Shown here: positions 38,901 through 48,866 of the stretch, one piece after another | Layout: every line of letters starts with the position of its first letter | How positions within the stretch are numbered: the first letter of the stretch is position 1 | The notes under the pieces: model-generated | Database searches by the model: none | What the model saw: only the letters and a program-made list of their open reading frames with translations | What the model was told of the DNA's origin: nothing | Position numbers and translations under genes: made by a program | Virus record (IMG/VR): IMGVR_UViG_3300005758_000046 | Location: 1-59,506 of that record | From: a virus | Taxonomy: Duplodnaviria > Caudoviricetes | Length of the DNA stretch: 59,506 bases | Strand: one strand, 5' to 3'

Positions 38901-40490
38901 ATGACTATCAAGCAAGAAATTCACAGTATCATTATAAACAACCCCAAACATTTCTCTAAGATAATAAGAAAAAATTCAACTTTGTGTCAATGGGTAGAAG
39001 CAAATTCATCTACTAGCGATATAAATTTTGCTGCAAAAATATATTCGGCGTTGTATTCAGATTCAGGGACGTGTACCGTTGGCAATCATAAAAAATTTCG
39101 TAGTATTAACGATGGGTTTGGATTTTGTGGCAAATCTTCAGTATGCCAATGCAACCGACAATCTGTGTCTGAAAAAGTATCTACTACTAAATCATCGAGA
39201 ACAAAAAAAGAAGTAGAATCGGAAAATATTAAGAGGGTGAACACTAATTTGGCTAGATATGGGGTCACCAACGTTGGGCAAACCATGTCTGCTAAATTGG
39301 GACATGATTCTTTATATAAAAACATTGATAAGGTAGCTGAAATAACAAATAAAATAAAAAAAACTAAATTAGATCGGTACGGCACTTCGGGGTTTAATAA
39401 CAGAAAGAAAGCAACATCTACTAACTTAGCCAAATACGGCGTACAAAACACCTGGTCACTGAACGAAAACAAACAAAATCCAAATCTAGAAAAACTAAAA
39501 AATAAGGAATTACTGCAAGAGCTATTCCCTAAATATTCAGTCGAACAAATAGCATTGCTTTTGGGAGTACATGCTCAAACCGTTTATTATTATTTGGGTA
39601 TGCATGAGTTACGAGAACCATATAAATCTACATTCGAACAGGAAATTTTACTGTTTCTTAAAGAAAACGGTATAACCAATGTTTTCACTAATACTAGAAA
39701 AATTATAGGTAAAGAGTTGGATATTTTTATTCCAGACGCTAAATTGGCTATAGAATATAACGGTGAATACTGGCATCACCAAAATGTCCCCCATATCAAT
39801 AAAACCTATCACTATGATAAATTTTTAGAGTGCGAATCCAACGGGATCACGTTGCTTACTATATTTGGTAATTCATGGAAACACAAAAAAGATATATGGA
39901 AACAAAAAATATTAGCTAAGTTGGGGTTAGCCGCACACCGGGTATACGCTAGAAACACTACCGTGGTTGAATTGCAGGCCAAAGATACGAAAAAGTTTTT
40001 AAATGACTACCATATTCAAGGATACTGTACATCGCAACTGTGCTATGGACTGGAAGAGAAGGGTACACTAGTGGCAGTAATGACCTTCTCAAAAAACAGG
40101 GCAGGAATAGGAAAAAATAGAGGAGAAGATACGTATGAGTTGGTTAGGTATGCTACCGCAAAAAACGTAGTGGCAGGTGCATCTAAGCTGCTGCATCATT
40201 TTATAAAAACACAAAAACCTAAAATTATAATATCGTATTCGGATAATTTATATAGTACGGGTAGCATGTACAAAAAGTTGGGGTTTGCTTTAGAGGGAGA
40301 GAATAAAGTAGGGTATTGGTATTATGATCCCAAACATAAAAAACAATATCATAGGTATAACTTCACAAAACATAAATTGGTTTTAGCTGGATTTGACCCT
40401 ACGAAAACTGAAAATCAAATAATGAGTGAACGAGGATTTTTGAAGATTTGGGACTGTGGTTCTAGAACTTGGATCAAACAACTGACTTAG
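38901..40490 (+). mobile_element. Hef-like homing endonuclease (Vsr/PD-(D/E)xK domain plus C-terminal GNAT-like domain)
   Basis: TNL.RYGV repeats; ELDIFIP..KLAIEYNGEYWH; FLNDYHIQG, YELVRYA..VVAGASKLL, ISYSD, IWDCG. Confidence 0.75.
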
Positions 40491-40502
40491 GAGTAAATTA
40501 AA

Positions 40503-40805
40503 ATGGTAGATCGAATAGCGGAAGTATTAGAAGACGGGACCGTTTATTGTTTTGACATGGACAAGTGTGCCAATGAAGCAGAGCGAATACTAGAGGAATT
40601 ATATCATAAAGAAGATACAGAGTTAGAGTTGGATTATACAGCGACTGTATATAGTTTGTTTATTAATGCAGTGCATATTTTGTCAATTTCAGGTTGGTCA
40701 ACCGAAGAATTAATTGAGGAAGTATTAACTCATTCAAACGCGGATAATATTTCCGATGATTATTTGATAAAAATCCAGCTTTACGATAAATACTACACAG
40801 TATAA
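40503..40805 (+). CDS. Hypothetical acidic protein
   Basis: 100-aa ORF with RBS AGGAG. Confidence 0.55.
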   Translation: MVDRIAEVLEDGTVYCFDMDKCANEAERILEELYHKEDTELELDYTATVYSLFINAVHILSISGWSTEELIEEVLTHSNADNISDDYLIKIQLYDKYYTV

Positions 40806-40858
40806 TCAATTCTCAATCGGGATGGGAAGGCAAAAAAGCAGGCTAGCCTGCTTTTTTG
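40797..40858 (+). ncRNA. Candidate ~60-nt late small RNA
   Basis: Late box GATAAATA at 40785-40792, hairpin TTCTCA-ATCGGGA-TGGGAA, then a terminator; no ORF start in between. Confidence 0.35.
40831..40858. terminator. Bidirectional intrinsic terminator
   Basis: Perfect palindrome CAAAAAAGCAGGCTAGCCTGCTTTTTTG. Confidence 0.75.
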
Positions 40859-40927
40859 TTGGTTGCCAAAACTACAATTGTCAAAAAATGATAAATAACT
40901 AATAAAAGAAAATATTTGGAACCATAC

Positions 40928-41617
40928 ATGGCAGCAGATCCATTCAACAGTAAAAGCGGTTACACAGTAGGCATCCCTCCTTATACAGTTATTGATGCTA
41001 ACGGTAATATATACGCTAATTTCGCAGAAATAGGAAACGTAACAATAAGTGGTGATCAAGTTGTTACTGGTACGATATCGGCTAATTTGTTTACAGGCAC
41101 ATTTGAGGGTAACATAACAGGTAACTTTGTTGTTCCTGGATTGAACACTTGGGTAGTTTATAATGATAATGGTAACGCTAATGCCAGTCAATATTTTACA
41201 TTTGATAGCACAGAGAGATTAGTTACTATTGACGGGGATTTAGTGGCCAATTCTATAACATTGGGGTCTCAGTCATTAGAGTTTTCTACACAGCGTGTAT
41301 TCTTCGCTACAACTTCAAGTAATGCACCTGATCAGGTTTTATATACAGTAGATGCTAGTACAATCATTTCAATAGATTTTACTATCATCGCAACTGATAC
41401 AGTAGGCAATAACAGACAAACAAGTAAATTATTTGCTAGTATATTGGGAACAGAAGTAGGATATTACGAAATTGCCACAATTGATGTGCCTTATTTAGGC
41501 CCGGGTGTAGGTGATTTTGTAGTAAGATATAATGCAGGAAATATTGAACTCACTGTTCAACCTGTAACCGCTTCATTAGTTGACTATCGTATTATGGTAA
41601 CAAGTTATAAAGAATAA
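40928..41617 (+). CDS. Virion fibre/structural protein (short member of the family)
   Basis: Late box at 40890; shares the N-terminal FNSxxG and C-terminal beta-sandwich pattern with downstream fibre genes. Confidence 0.6.
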   Translation: MAADPFNSKSGYTVGIPPYTVIDANGNIYANFAEIGNVTISGDQVVTGTISANLFTGTFEGNITGNFVVPGLNTWVVYNDNGNANASQYFTFDSTERLVTIDGDLVANSITLGSQSLEFSTQRVFFATTSSNAPDQVLYTVDASTIISIDFTIIATDTVGNNRQTSKLFASILGTEVGYYEIATIDVPYLGPGVGDFVVRYNAGNIELTVQPVTASLVDYRIMVTSYKE

Positions 41618-41629
41618 GGAAAAATAAAA

Positions 41630-43786
41630 ATGGCAATTAGAACCTTTAACTCAGTTGGTGGATTTTCAGTAGGAGAAACACCTACTACGATTATTCTATC
41701 TAATGGAGACATTACTACTGCTAATGGTACTTTTACTGCTAATGTTTCTGCATTAAGAGTTAGAACCGATAATCTATTATATGCTAACGGAGTTCCTTGG
41801 GACTTCCAACAAGCTGCGGGTACGGGTAATTATCAAATACAATATAATAATAACAATGATTTTGGTGCTAGTGCTAATTTTACATTTGACCCAACTACAA
41901 ATTTATTGACAGTAAGCAACGGTAGTGCAATTGTATCAGGAAATGTGACTGCATCTGCATTTTTTGGTAATTTTTCTGGTAACATAGTAGGAAACATAAC
42001 AGCCGCAGGCACCAATACACAAGTTCAATTTAATAGTAATGGTATATTAGCAGGTAGTTCTGCGTTCACATTTGACTCTTCTGCTAACACATTAACAATT
42101 GGTGGAAATTTAACTTCAGGTAATGCTAATTTAGGTAACGTAGCAACGGCTAACTTTTTAACAGGAACACTAACTACTGCCGCGCAACCGAACATTACTA
42201 GTTTAGGTACATTAAGTAGCATAAGTGTAGCTCCTACGGGTATAATTACCGGAGCTAACTTAATAAGTGCTAATTTTGTAACAGGCACGTTAACTACTGC
42301 GTTGCAACCTAACATTACACAAGTTGGGACATTGGGTAGTTTAAGTGTTATCGGTAACGCATTAGTGGGTAATTTAACTGGTGCAAATATTGTTGTAGGT
42401 AATTTCTTGCAGGGAACACTAACTACTGCTGCTCAACCTAATATCACCAGTTTAGGAAATTTAACTAGCTTAACCGTTACAGGTAATGGTAATATTAATG
42501 GTAATATTAATGGTGGTAATTTAGGTGTATCAGGCAGAGTCATAACATCGTTAGTTCCGGCTCCCAATGATACATTAACATTAGGTAATACAGGCAATGT
42601 TTGGAACAGTTTGTTTGTAAGTAATATTAACATAGGCACTACATTTATAAGATCCAGTGCTAACGTTATACTAATGGATTCTGCTAACATTGGTAACAAT
42701 CTATCCACACAAACACTTACTGTTAGAGATAGTGGTACGGTTCAAGGCAACTTGACAGTAGCAGGTTCGTTAACAGTTTCCGGTAACACAACATACATTA
42801 ATGTTACTAATTTAGATATTTCTGATCCGCTTATTGGTTTAGGTGGAACGGGTAATGGTGGAAATGCTACATCATATGACGGTAAAGATCGTGGTATGAT
42901 ACTTTATAACTACTATGCTAATAGTAGTGGCCCAATTAATCAAGCATTTGTTTGGAAAACAGGAAGTAATGAATTTCAGGCAATATCGCAAATAGATACA
43001 ATCACTAATGAAGTTATAACCGCAAGTGCGTATGGAAATGTTAGGGGTGACACATTCATAGGTAACTTGAGTGGCACCATACTAACTGCTGCACAGCCTA
43101 ATATTACTAGTTTGGGCACACTAGCCAATCTAACTATTAGTGGTAATTTAAGAGTTAACACTACTGCTAACGTAAATTCGTTAGTTGCAGGTGGGCTAAC
43201 ATACCCGGTGGTTGATGGATCCACATCGCAAGTATTGTCAACTTACGGTAACGGACAACTCTACTGGGCTACAATTAGCACCAGTAGTTTAGCTAACGGT
43301 AATAGTAACATTGTCGTTTATTCTAGTGGAAACGTTGCTATTAGTGCTATAGGAACCGCTAACGTACTTACTGTATCTAATACTACAGCACGTGTTAACG
43401 GCATATTAAATGTAACCGGAAACCTAACATCGGGTAATGCGAACGTAGCTAATTTAATAATTAGCAATTCCACAATTCGTTCAGTTACAGTAACCACAAC
43501 TAGCACGGGTGCGAATCAAACAATAGCAACTGTTTCTACAACCGGTGTGCGTGGAGCAATTTTTGATGTTACTGGTCAAGAAACCGCCGGAGGTAAATAT
43601 AGTATTGCAACGGTGTATTGTGTACATGATGGGGTAAATGTAGATTACTCTGTTTCAGGTACAGTATTATTAGGTGGAGCAACAGGAAGTTTATTGGTTA
43701 ATTTAATTGGATCTAATTTATTCTTAAGCGTAACCCCCACAAGTAGTAATCTTACTACATGGACAACACAATATAGAACAATTTAA
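41630..43786 (+). CDS. Repetitive Asn/Thr/Gly-rich fibre-like virion protein
   Basis: AQPNITSLG repeats, NTQVQFN motifs, DGKDRG module. Confidence 0.65.
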   Translation: MAIRTFNSVGGFSVGETPTTIILSNGDITTANGTFTANVSALRVRTDNLLYANGVPWDFQQAAGTGNYQIQYNNNNDFGASANFTFDPTTNLLTVSNGSAIVSGNVTASAFFGNFSGNIVGNITAAGTNTQVQFNSNGILAGSSAFTFDSSANTLTIGGNLTSGNANLGNVATANFLTGTLTTAAQPNITSLGTLSSISVAPTGIITGANLISANFVTGTLTTALQPNITQVGTLGSLSVIGNALVGNLTGANIVVGNFLQGTLTTAAQPNITSLGNLTSLTVTGNGNINGNINGGNLGVSGRVITSLVPAPNDTLTLGNTGNVWNSLFVSNINIGTTFIRSSANVILMDSANIGNNLSTQTLTVRDSGTVQGNLTVAGSLTVSGNTTYINVTNLDISDPLIGLGGTGNGGNATSYDGKDRGMILYNYYANSSGPINQAFVWKTGSNEFQAISQIDTITNEVITASAYGNVRGDTFIGNLSGTILTAAQPNITSLGTLANLTISGNLRVNTTANVNSLVAGGLTYPVVDGSTSQVLSTYGNGQLYWATISTSSLANGNSNIVVYSSGNVAISAIGTANVLTVSNTTARVNGILNVTGNLTSGNANVANLIISNSTIRSVTVTTTSTGANQTIATVSTTGVRGAIFDVTGQETAGGKYSIATVYCVHDGVNVDYSVSGTVLLGGATGSLLVNLIGSNLFLSVTPTSSNLTTWTTQYRTI

Positions 43787-43810
43787 TTGAAGGCCGTATA
43801 ACGAAATATT

Positions 43811-46800
43811 ATGGCAATAACGAAATTTAACGTAGTTGAAGGTCTTTCAGTAGGCGACATTGTTAGATACGATGTTATCGACAATGCCGCAAATGTAAGC
43901 GCCAACAACCTAACCGTAACTGCTAATTCTAATTTAGGCTCTGTTAGTAATGTAAAAATATCCGGAGGAGTTAGTGGTTATATATTACGTACTGACGGAA
44001 CCGGAAACTTGTCATGGATAAATCCCGGCACCGCAGGTTTAGCAGGTTCCAACACACAAATTCAGTTTAATAATAATGGTGTTTTTGGGGCTAGTACAAA
44101 CCTTACGTTTAATATAGGAAGTAACGTATTAACTACCACTAATATAGACGTAGTTGGAAATTTAACTTCAGGTAATGCAAATTTAGGAAATTTAACAATT
44201 TCGTCTTCTGCTAATTTTAATTTAGCATCAGATGTAAATTTAGGTAATATCAGTAACTTACACATATCGGGTGGAAACGCAGGATATGTTATTAAAACAG
44301 ACGGTACTGGTAATTTATATTGGGGAATAGATACTACTGCCGCCGGAGGGTCTAACACACAGGTTCAGTTTAATGACGGCGGCACACTGAGCGGAAATTC
44401 AAATTTTACGTTTGACAAAAATACAGCGTTGTTAAACGTAGTCGGAAATATAAATTCATTAAATGCTAATTTAGGAAATTTAGTAAGTGCCAACTTCTTT
44501 GAAGGGAACGGCAGTTTATTATCTAGCATAACCGGTGCTAATGTAACCGGTCAAGTAGGTAATGCTTTGATCGCCGGAACAGTATACACAAATGCACAAC
44601 CCAATATTACTAGTCTAGGTAATTTATCTACCTTAAACGTAGTAGCAAACATTACGTCCGGTAATGCAAACTTAGGTAATATAGCTAGTGCAGCTTTTTT
44701 TAGTGGCAATGGGTCTTTACTAAGTTCAATAACCGGTGCTAATGTAACCGGTCAAGTAGCCAATGCATTAGTTGCGGGTACAGTGTACACAGGGGCTCAG
44801 CCAAATATTACTAGTTTAGGTACGCTGACTGAACTAACAGTAACAGCAAATACAACTACCGGAAACTTAAAAACAGATAACATACTGTATGCAAATGGTA
44901 CTCCCTATAATTTTACAACAAATGCAGCAGGTGGCAACACTCAGGTTCAATTTAATGATGGTAATAGTTTCGCCGGCGCAAGTAGCTTTACTTTCGATAA
45001 AGTAACAAATACCTTAAATGTAACTAATTTCACAGTATCAAATGTAACAGCTAATGCAAGAGTTGAATTAGGAAATGTTTCTAATGTAAAGATTTCGGGC
45101 GGCACCCCAGGGTACATACTAAGCACTGACGGATTAGGAAACTTAAGTTGGGAAGCAGCAGGCGGCGCAGGATTTGTTGGAATTGTTAAAGACAATTTTG
45201 TGGGAGATGGCTCAAACACTGCATTTAACTTATCTACTACTGCAACCGGCGAAGAAGCAATAATCGTTAATATAGATGGTTTGGTGCAACAAGATTTCGT
45301 GTATACTGTAGCAGGCAGTGTACTAACATTTAGCTCTCCTCCTACATTTGGGGCTAACATTGAGGTGACTATATTTGGTGCATTGTCATTATCTCAATCA
45401 AATACGCAGATTTTATATTTAAGTGGTAATAATTTAGCAGGTAGTAACAATTTTGTTTTTGATGATACTACTAATACATTAAGTGTAAACAATATTTCTT
45501 CTGTAAGTAATGTATCAGCAGGTAACGTCAAAACAGACAATTTGTTGTATGCAAATGGCACTCCCTATAATTTTACAACAAATGCAGCAGGTGGCAATAC
45601 TCAGGTTCAATTTAATGATGGTAATAGTTTTGCCGGTAGTGCAAACTTTACATTTGACAAAGCTACAAATACGTTAAGTGTAACCAACATAATAGGTAAC
45701 GGCGCTGGCATAACTTATATCACTGGTAGTAATGTAAACGGTCAGGTAAGCAACGCATTGGTTGCAGGGACCGTTTATACCAACAATCAACCAAACATAA
45801 CTAGTTTGGGTAATCTAAGCAGTTTAAATGTAGTAGGAAATGCAAGTTTAGGCAATTTAATAGTAACAGGAAATGTATTGGGATCCTTAATTCCTGATGC
45901 AAATGTAATCTACGATTTAGGATCCAATACACATCGCTGGAATGATTTATATTTATCCGGTAATACTATATATTTGGGTGAGACCGTCCTAACATCTGAT
46001 AGTTCAGGTATAACAGCCGCAGGTAATATCAATGCTAGCAATGCTAATTTAGGTAATTTAGTTAGTGCAAATTATTTTGCAGGAAACGGCTATCTACTAA
46101 GCAATTTAAACGGTAGTAATGTCAGCGGGCAAGTAAGCAATTCTTTAATTGCAGGTACAGTCTACTCAGCAAATCAACCTAACATCACTAGTTTGGGATC
46201 TTTATCTGATTTGTCAGTTAGTGGTAATACTACTATTGCAGGTAATCTAACTGTATCAGGTACTACCGTATATGCAAATGTAACTACTCTTAATGTAAAG
46301 GACCCCGTAATAGAATTAGGAGGTACCGGCAACAATGATCCGCTAACTAACAATGACGGCAAAGATAGAGGAACGTTATTACATTATTACACCACATCAC
46401 CTGTTGATGCATTTATGGGTTGGGATAACTCAAATGGCGAGTTTGGGTTTGGTAGTAATGTTTCAATAACCAATGAAGTAGTTACGTGGAATACATATGG
46501 CAATATACGAGCAGGTTATATTTATGGTAATGGTGCATTTTTAACTGGATTACCGGAGCAATACTCAAATGCCAATGTAGCCAATTATTTGCCTACATAC
46601 ACTGGTAATTTAACTGCGGGCAATATCACCGGTACCAACTTAATTAGCGCAAACTATTTTCAGGGCGATGGTAGTTTATTAACTAATCTTAATATCGCTA
46701 ATGCTAGTGTGGCTAACGCTAATTACGCAGCCTTCGCCGGAAACGTTACTATAGCAGCGCAACCAAATATTACTAGCTTAGGTACACTAAGTTCATTGAC

Positions 46801-48853
46801 AGTAAGTGGATTAATAACTGCAACGGGTACCGGAATAAAAACGGCCAACATATACGACAGTAGCACCACATTGACCATTGAGACTAGGTACAATAATATA
46901 TCAGGTGACGCAGGTATTTACGGAAATTTGACAGTAGGTACGAGCGGAACAGGTAATGTTACTGCGTACAATGCTAACTTAGGCAATTTAGTAACTGCTA
47001 GCTATTTTTCAGGAAATGGCTCATTGTTGAGTTCACTCACCGGTGCCAATGTAACTGGGCAAGTAAGTAATTCTCTAATATCTGGCACTGTATATACAAA
47101 TGCGCAACCCAATATTACTAGTTTGGGTAACCTATCGTCATTAGTGGTTGCGGGTAATGCTTCTTTTACTGGGTCAAACGTTTTTATCTCTAATGTTGCC
47201 AATTTAAAAATTCCGGGCGGCTTAAATGGATATGTCTTAAAAACAGACGGCACCGGCAATCTAAGTTGGGGATTAGATACCACCGATTATAGCAATGCTA
47301 ATGTAGCAAATTATTTGCCTACCTACACAGGATTGATATCCGGAACATTAACAACCGCTGCACAGCCCAATATAACAAGTTTGGGTACACTTACTTCGCT
47401 AAGCGTAACAGGCAATACTACGTCTGGTAATTTACTTACATCAGGTAATGTTATAGCCAGCACATTGATTAGTAATGTTTCTACCGGAACCGCCCCGTTT
47501 ACAGTATCTAGTACCACTAGAGTAAGTAACTTAAATGTGAGTTATTCGAATGTCAGTGATTACTCTAACGTAATGCAGCAGTCATCTGGTAATGTGTATC
47601 CAGTATTCATTGATAATTTTGCAAATGGTAATTATGCATTAGGAGTTAATAGTTCGATTTCTCTAAATGTAAGTAATGGTGTATTGACTGCGGGTGGATT
47701 CCAGTCAGGTTCCGGAAGCGGAGGAAATGTCACTGGTGCAAATTACGTAATTGCAAACTACTTTCAGGGCGACGGTAGCTTACTTACAAATTTAAGTATC
47801 GCAAATGCTAGTGTAGCCAATGCAAATTACGCTGCATTTGCGGGAAACGTCACGTTAGCAGCACAGCCCAACATTACTAGTTTAGGTACGTTAACTACTT
47901 TATCGGTTACCGCTAACATCACTGCGGGCAATGCTAATTTAGGTAATTTAGCTACTGCAAACTTTTTCACCGGTAATGGATCACTGTTAAGTTCGATCAC
48001 AGGAGCCAACATAACCGGACAAGTGGGTAATGCTTTGATTGCCGGCACCGTCTACACAAACGCACAGCCTAATATTACTAGTTTGGGTACATTAACTTAC
48101 CTAACTGTTACCGCTAATATCACTTCGGGCAATGCTAATTTAGGTAATCTAACTATTGCAAACTTCTTTAGTGGCAACGGGGCATTGTTAAGCTCATTAA
48201 CAGGAAGCAACATAACTGGACAAGTAAGCAATGCATTAGTGGCAGGCACAGTGTATACAAATGCACAGCCTAATATTACTAGTTTGGGTAATCTATCTAC
48301 ACTTACTGTTGTGGGTAATGCAACCGCCGGAAACTTAAAAGCTGTTAACGGAGTTGTTACACTTGATACTGGTATCATTACGGTATCTTCAGGAAATGCA
48401 GGTATATTTACAGTAGGAATAGGTAACATCAACATAGGTCTTGCTGGAAATGTAACGTTGGGAAGTCCAACGGGGAATGTAATTGTTCAGGGTAATTTGT
48501 CAGTTGCAAATGATACTACAATTACTAATTTAAAAATCAACGATTTATACAGCAATAGGACTCCTATTTCTGTGTCCACTGGAACCGTTATAGATAGCTT
48601 CAGTATAACCAAATACAGGTCAGCTAAATACACTATGCGTGTAAATAGCGATGCTGGGTATCAAGCGGTAGAGGCGTTGTTAATTCACGACGGTATAAAC
48701 AGCTACGTGACTATATATGGAAGTTTATCTACTATAGGTACTGATATTATTACGTTAGCAACAGATATTAATTTAGGGAATGTTAGAATGTTGGCTTCCA
48801 CTACATCGGCCAACACTACAGTAAATTTATTAGGAACGTATGTAGCAGACTAA
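43811..48853 (+). CDS. Long repetitive fibre-like virion protein (1680 aa)
   Basis: Many AQPNITSLG, ANFFSGNGSLL and VLKTDGTGNLSW repeats; C-terminal YRSAKY domain. Confidence 0.7.
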   Translation: MAITKFNVVEGLSVGDIVRYDVIDNAANVSANNLTVTANSNLGSVSNVKISGGVSGYILRTDGTGNLSWINPGTAGLAGSNTQIQFNNNGVFGASTNLTFNIGSNVLTTTNIDVVGNLTSGNANLGNLTISSSANFNLASDVNLGNISNLHISGGNAGYVIKTDGTGNLYWGIDTTAAGGSNTQVQFNDGGTLSGNSNFTFDKNTALLNVVGNINSLNANLGNLVSANFFEGNGSLLSSITGANVTGQVGNALIAGTVYTNAQPNITSLGNLSTLNVVANITSGNANLGNIASAAFFSGNGSLLSSITGANVTGQVANALVAGTVYTGAQPNITSLGTLTELTVTANTTTGNLKTDNILYANGTPYNFTTNAAGGNTQVQFNDGNSFAGASSFTFDKVTNTLNVTNFTVSNVTANARVELGNVSNVKISGGTPGYILSTDGLGNLSWEAAGGAGFVGIVKDNFVGDGSNTAFNLSTTATGEEAIIVNIDGLVQQDFVYTVAGSVLTFSSPPTFGANIEVTIFGALSLSQSNTQILYLSGNNLAGSNNFVFDDTTNTLSVNNISSVSNVSAGNVKTDNLLYANGTPYNFTTNAAGGNTQVQFNDGNSFAGSANFTFDKATNTLSVTNIIGNGAGITYITGSNVNGQVSNALVAGTVYTNNQPNITSLGNLSSLNVVGNASLGNLIVTGNVLGSLIPDANVIYDLGSNTHRWNDLYLSGNTIYLGETVLTSDSSGITAAGNINASNANLGNLVSANYFAGNGYLLSNLNGSNVSGQVSNSLIAGTVYSANQPNITSLGSLSDLSVSGNTTIAGNLTVSGTTVYANVTTLNVKDPVIELGGTGNNDPLTNNDGKDRGTLLHYYTTSPVDAFMGWDNSNGEFGFGSNVSITNEVVTWNTYGNIRAGYIYGNGAFLTGLPEQYSNANVANYLPTYTGNLTAGNITGTNLISANYFQGDGSLLTNLNIANASVANANYAAFAGNVTIAAQPNITSLGTLSSLTVSGLITATGTGIKTANIYDSSTTLTIETRYNNISGDAGIYGNLTVGTSGTGNVTAYNANLGNLVTASYFSGNGSLLSSLTGANVTGQVSNSLISGTVYTNAQPNITSLGNLSSLVVAGNASFTGSNVFISNVANLKIPGGLNGYVLKTDGTGNLSWGLDTTDYSNANVANYLPTYTGLISGTLTTAAQPNITSLGTLTSLSVTGNTTSGNLLTSGNVIASTLISNVSTGTAPFTVSSTTRVSNLNVSYSNVSDYSNVMQQSSGNVYPVFIDNFANGNYALGVNSSISLNVSNGVLTAGGFQSGSGSGGNVTGANYVIANYFQGDGSLLTNLSIANASVANANYAAFAGNVTLAAQPNITSLGTLTTLSVTANITAGNANLGNLATANFFTGNGSLLSSITGANITGQVGNALIAGTVYTNAQPNITSLGTLTYLTVTANITSGNANLGNLTIANFFSGNGALLSSLTGSNITGQVSNALVAGTVYTNAQPNITSLGNLSTLTVVGNATAGNLKAVNGVVTLDTGIITVSSGNAGIFTVGIGNINIGLAGNVTLGSPTGNVIVQGNLSVANDTTITNLKINDLYSNRTPISVSTGTVIDSFSITKYRSAKYTMRVNSDAGYQAVEALLIHDGINSYVTIYGSLSTIGTDIITLATDINLGNVRMLASTTSANTTVNLLGTYVAD
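44870..45640 (+). repeat. Near-identical ~100-bp direct repeat inside the 1680-aa fibre gene
   Basis: Copies at ~44870-44977 and ~45530-45637 (TGTATGCAAATGG.ACTCCCTATAATTTTACAACAAATGCAGCAGGTGGCAA.ACTCAGGTTCAATTTAATGATGGTAATAGTTT). Confidence 0.8.
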
Positions 48854-48866
48854 AAGGGCATTAAAA

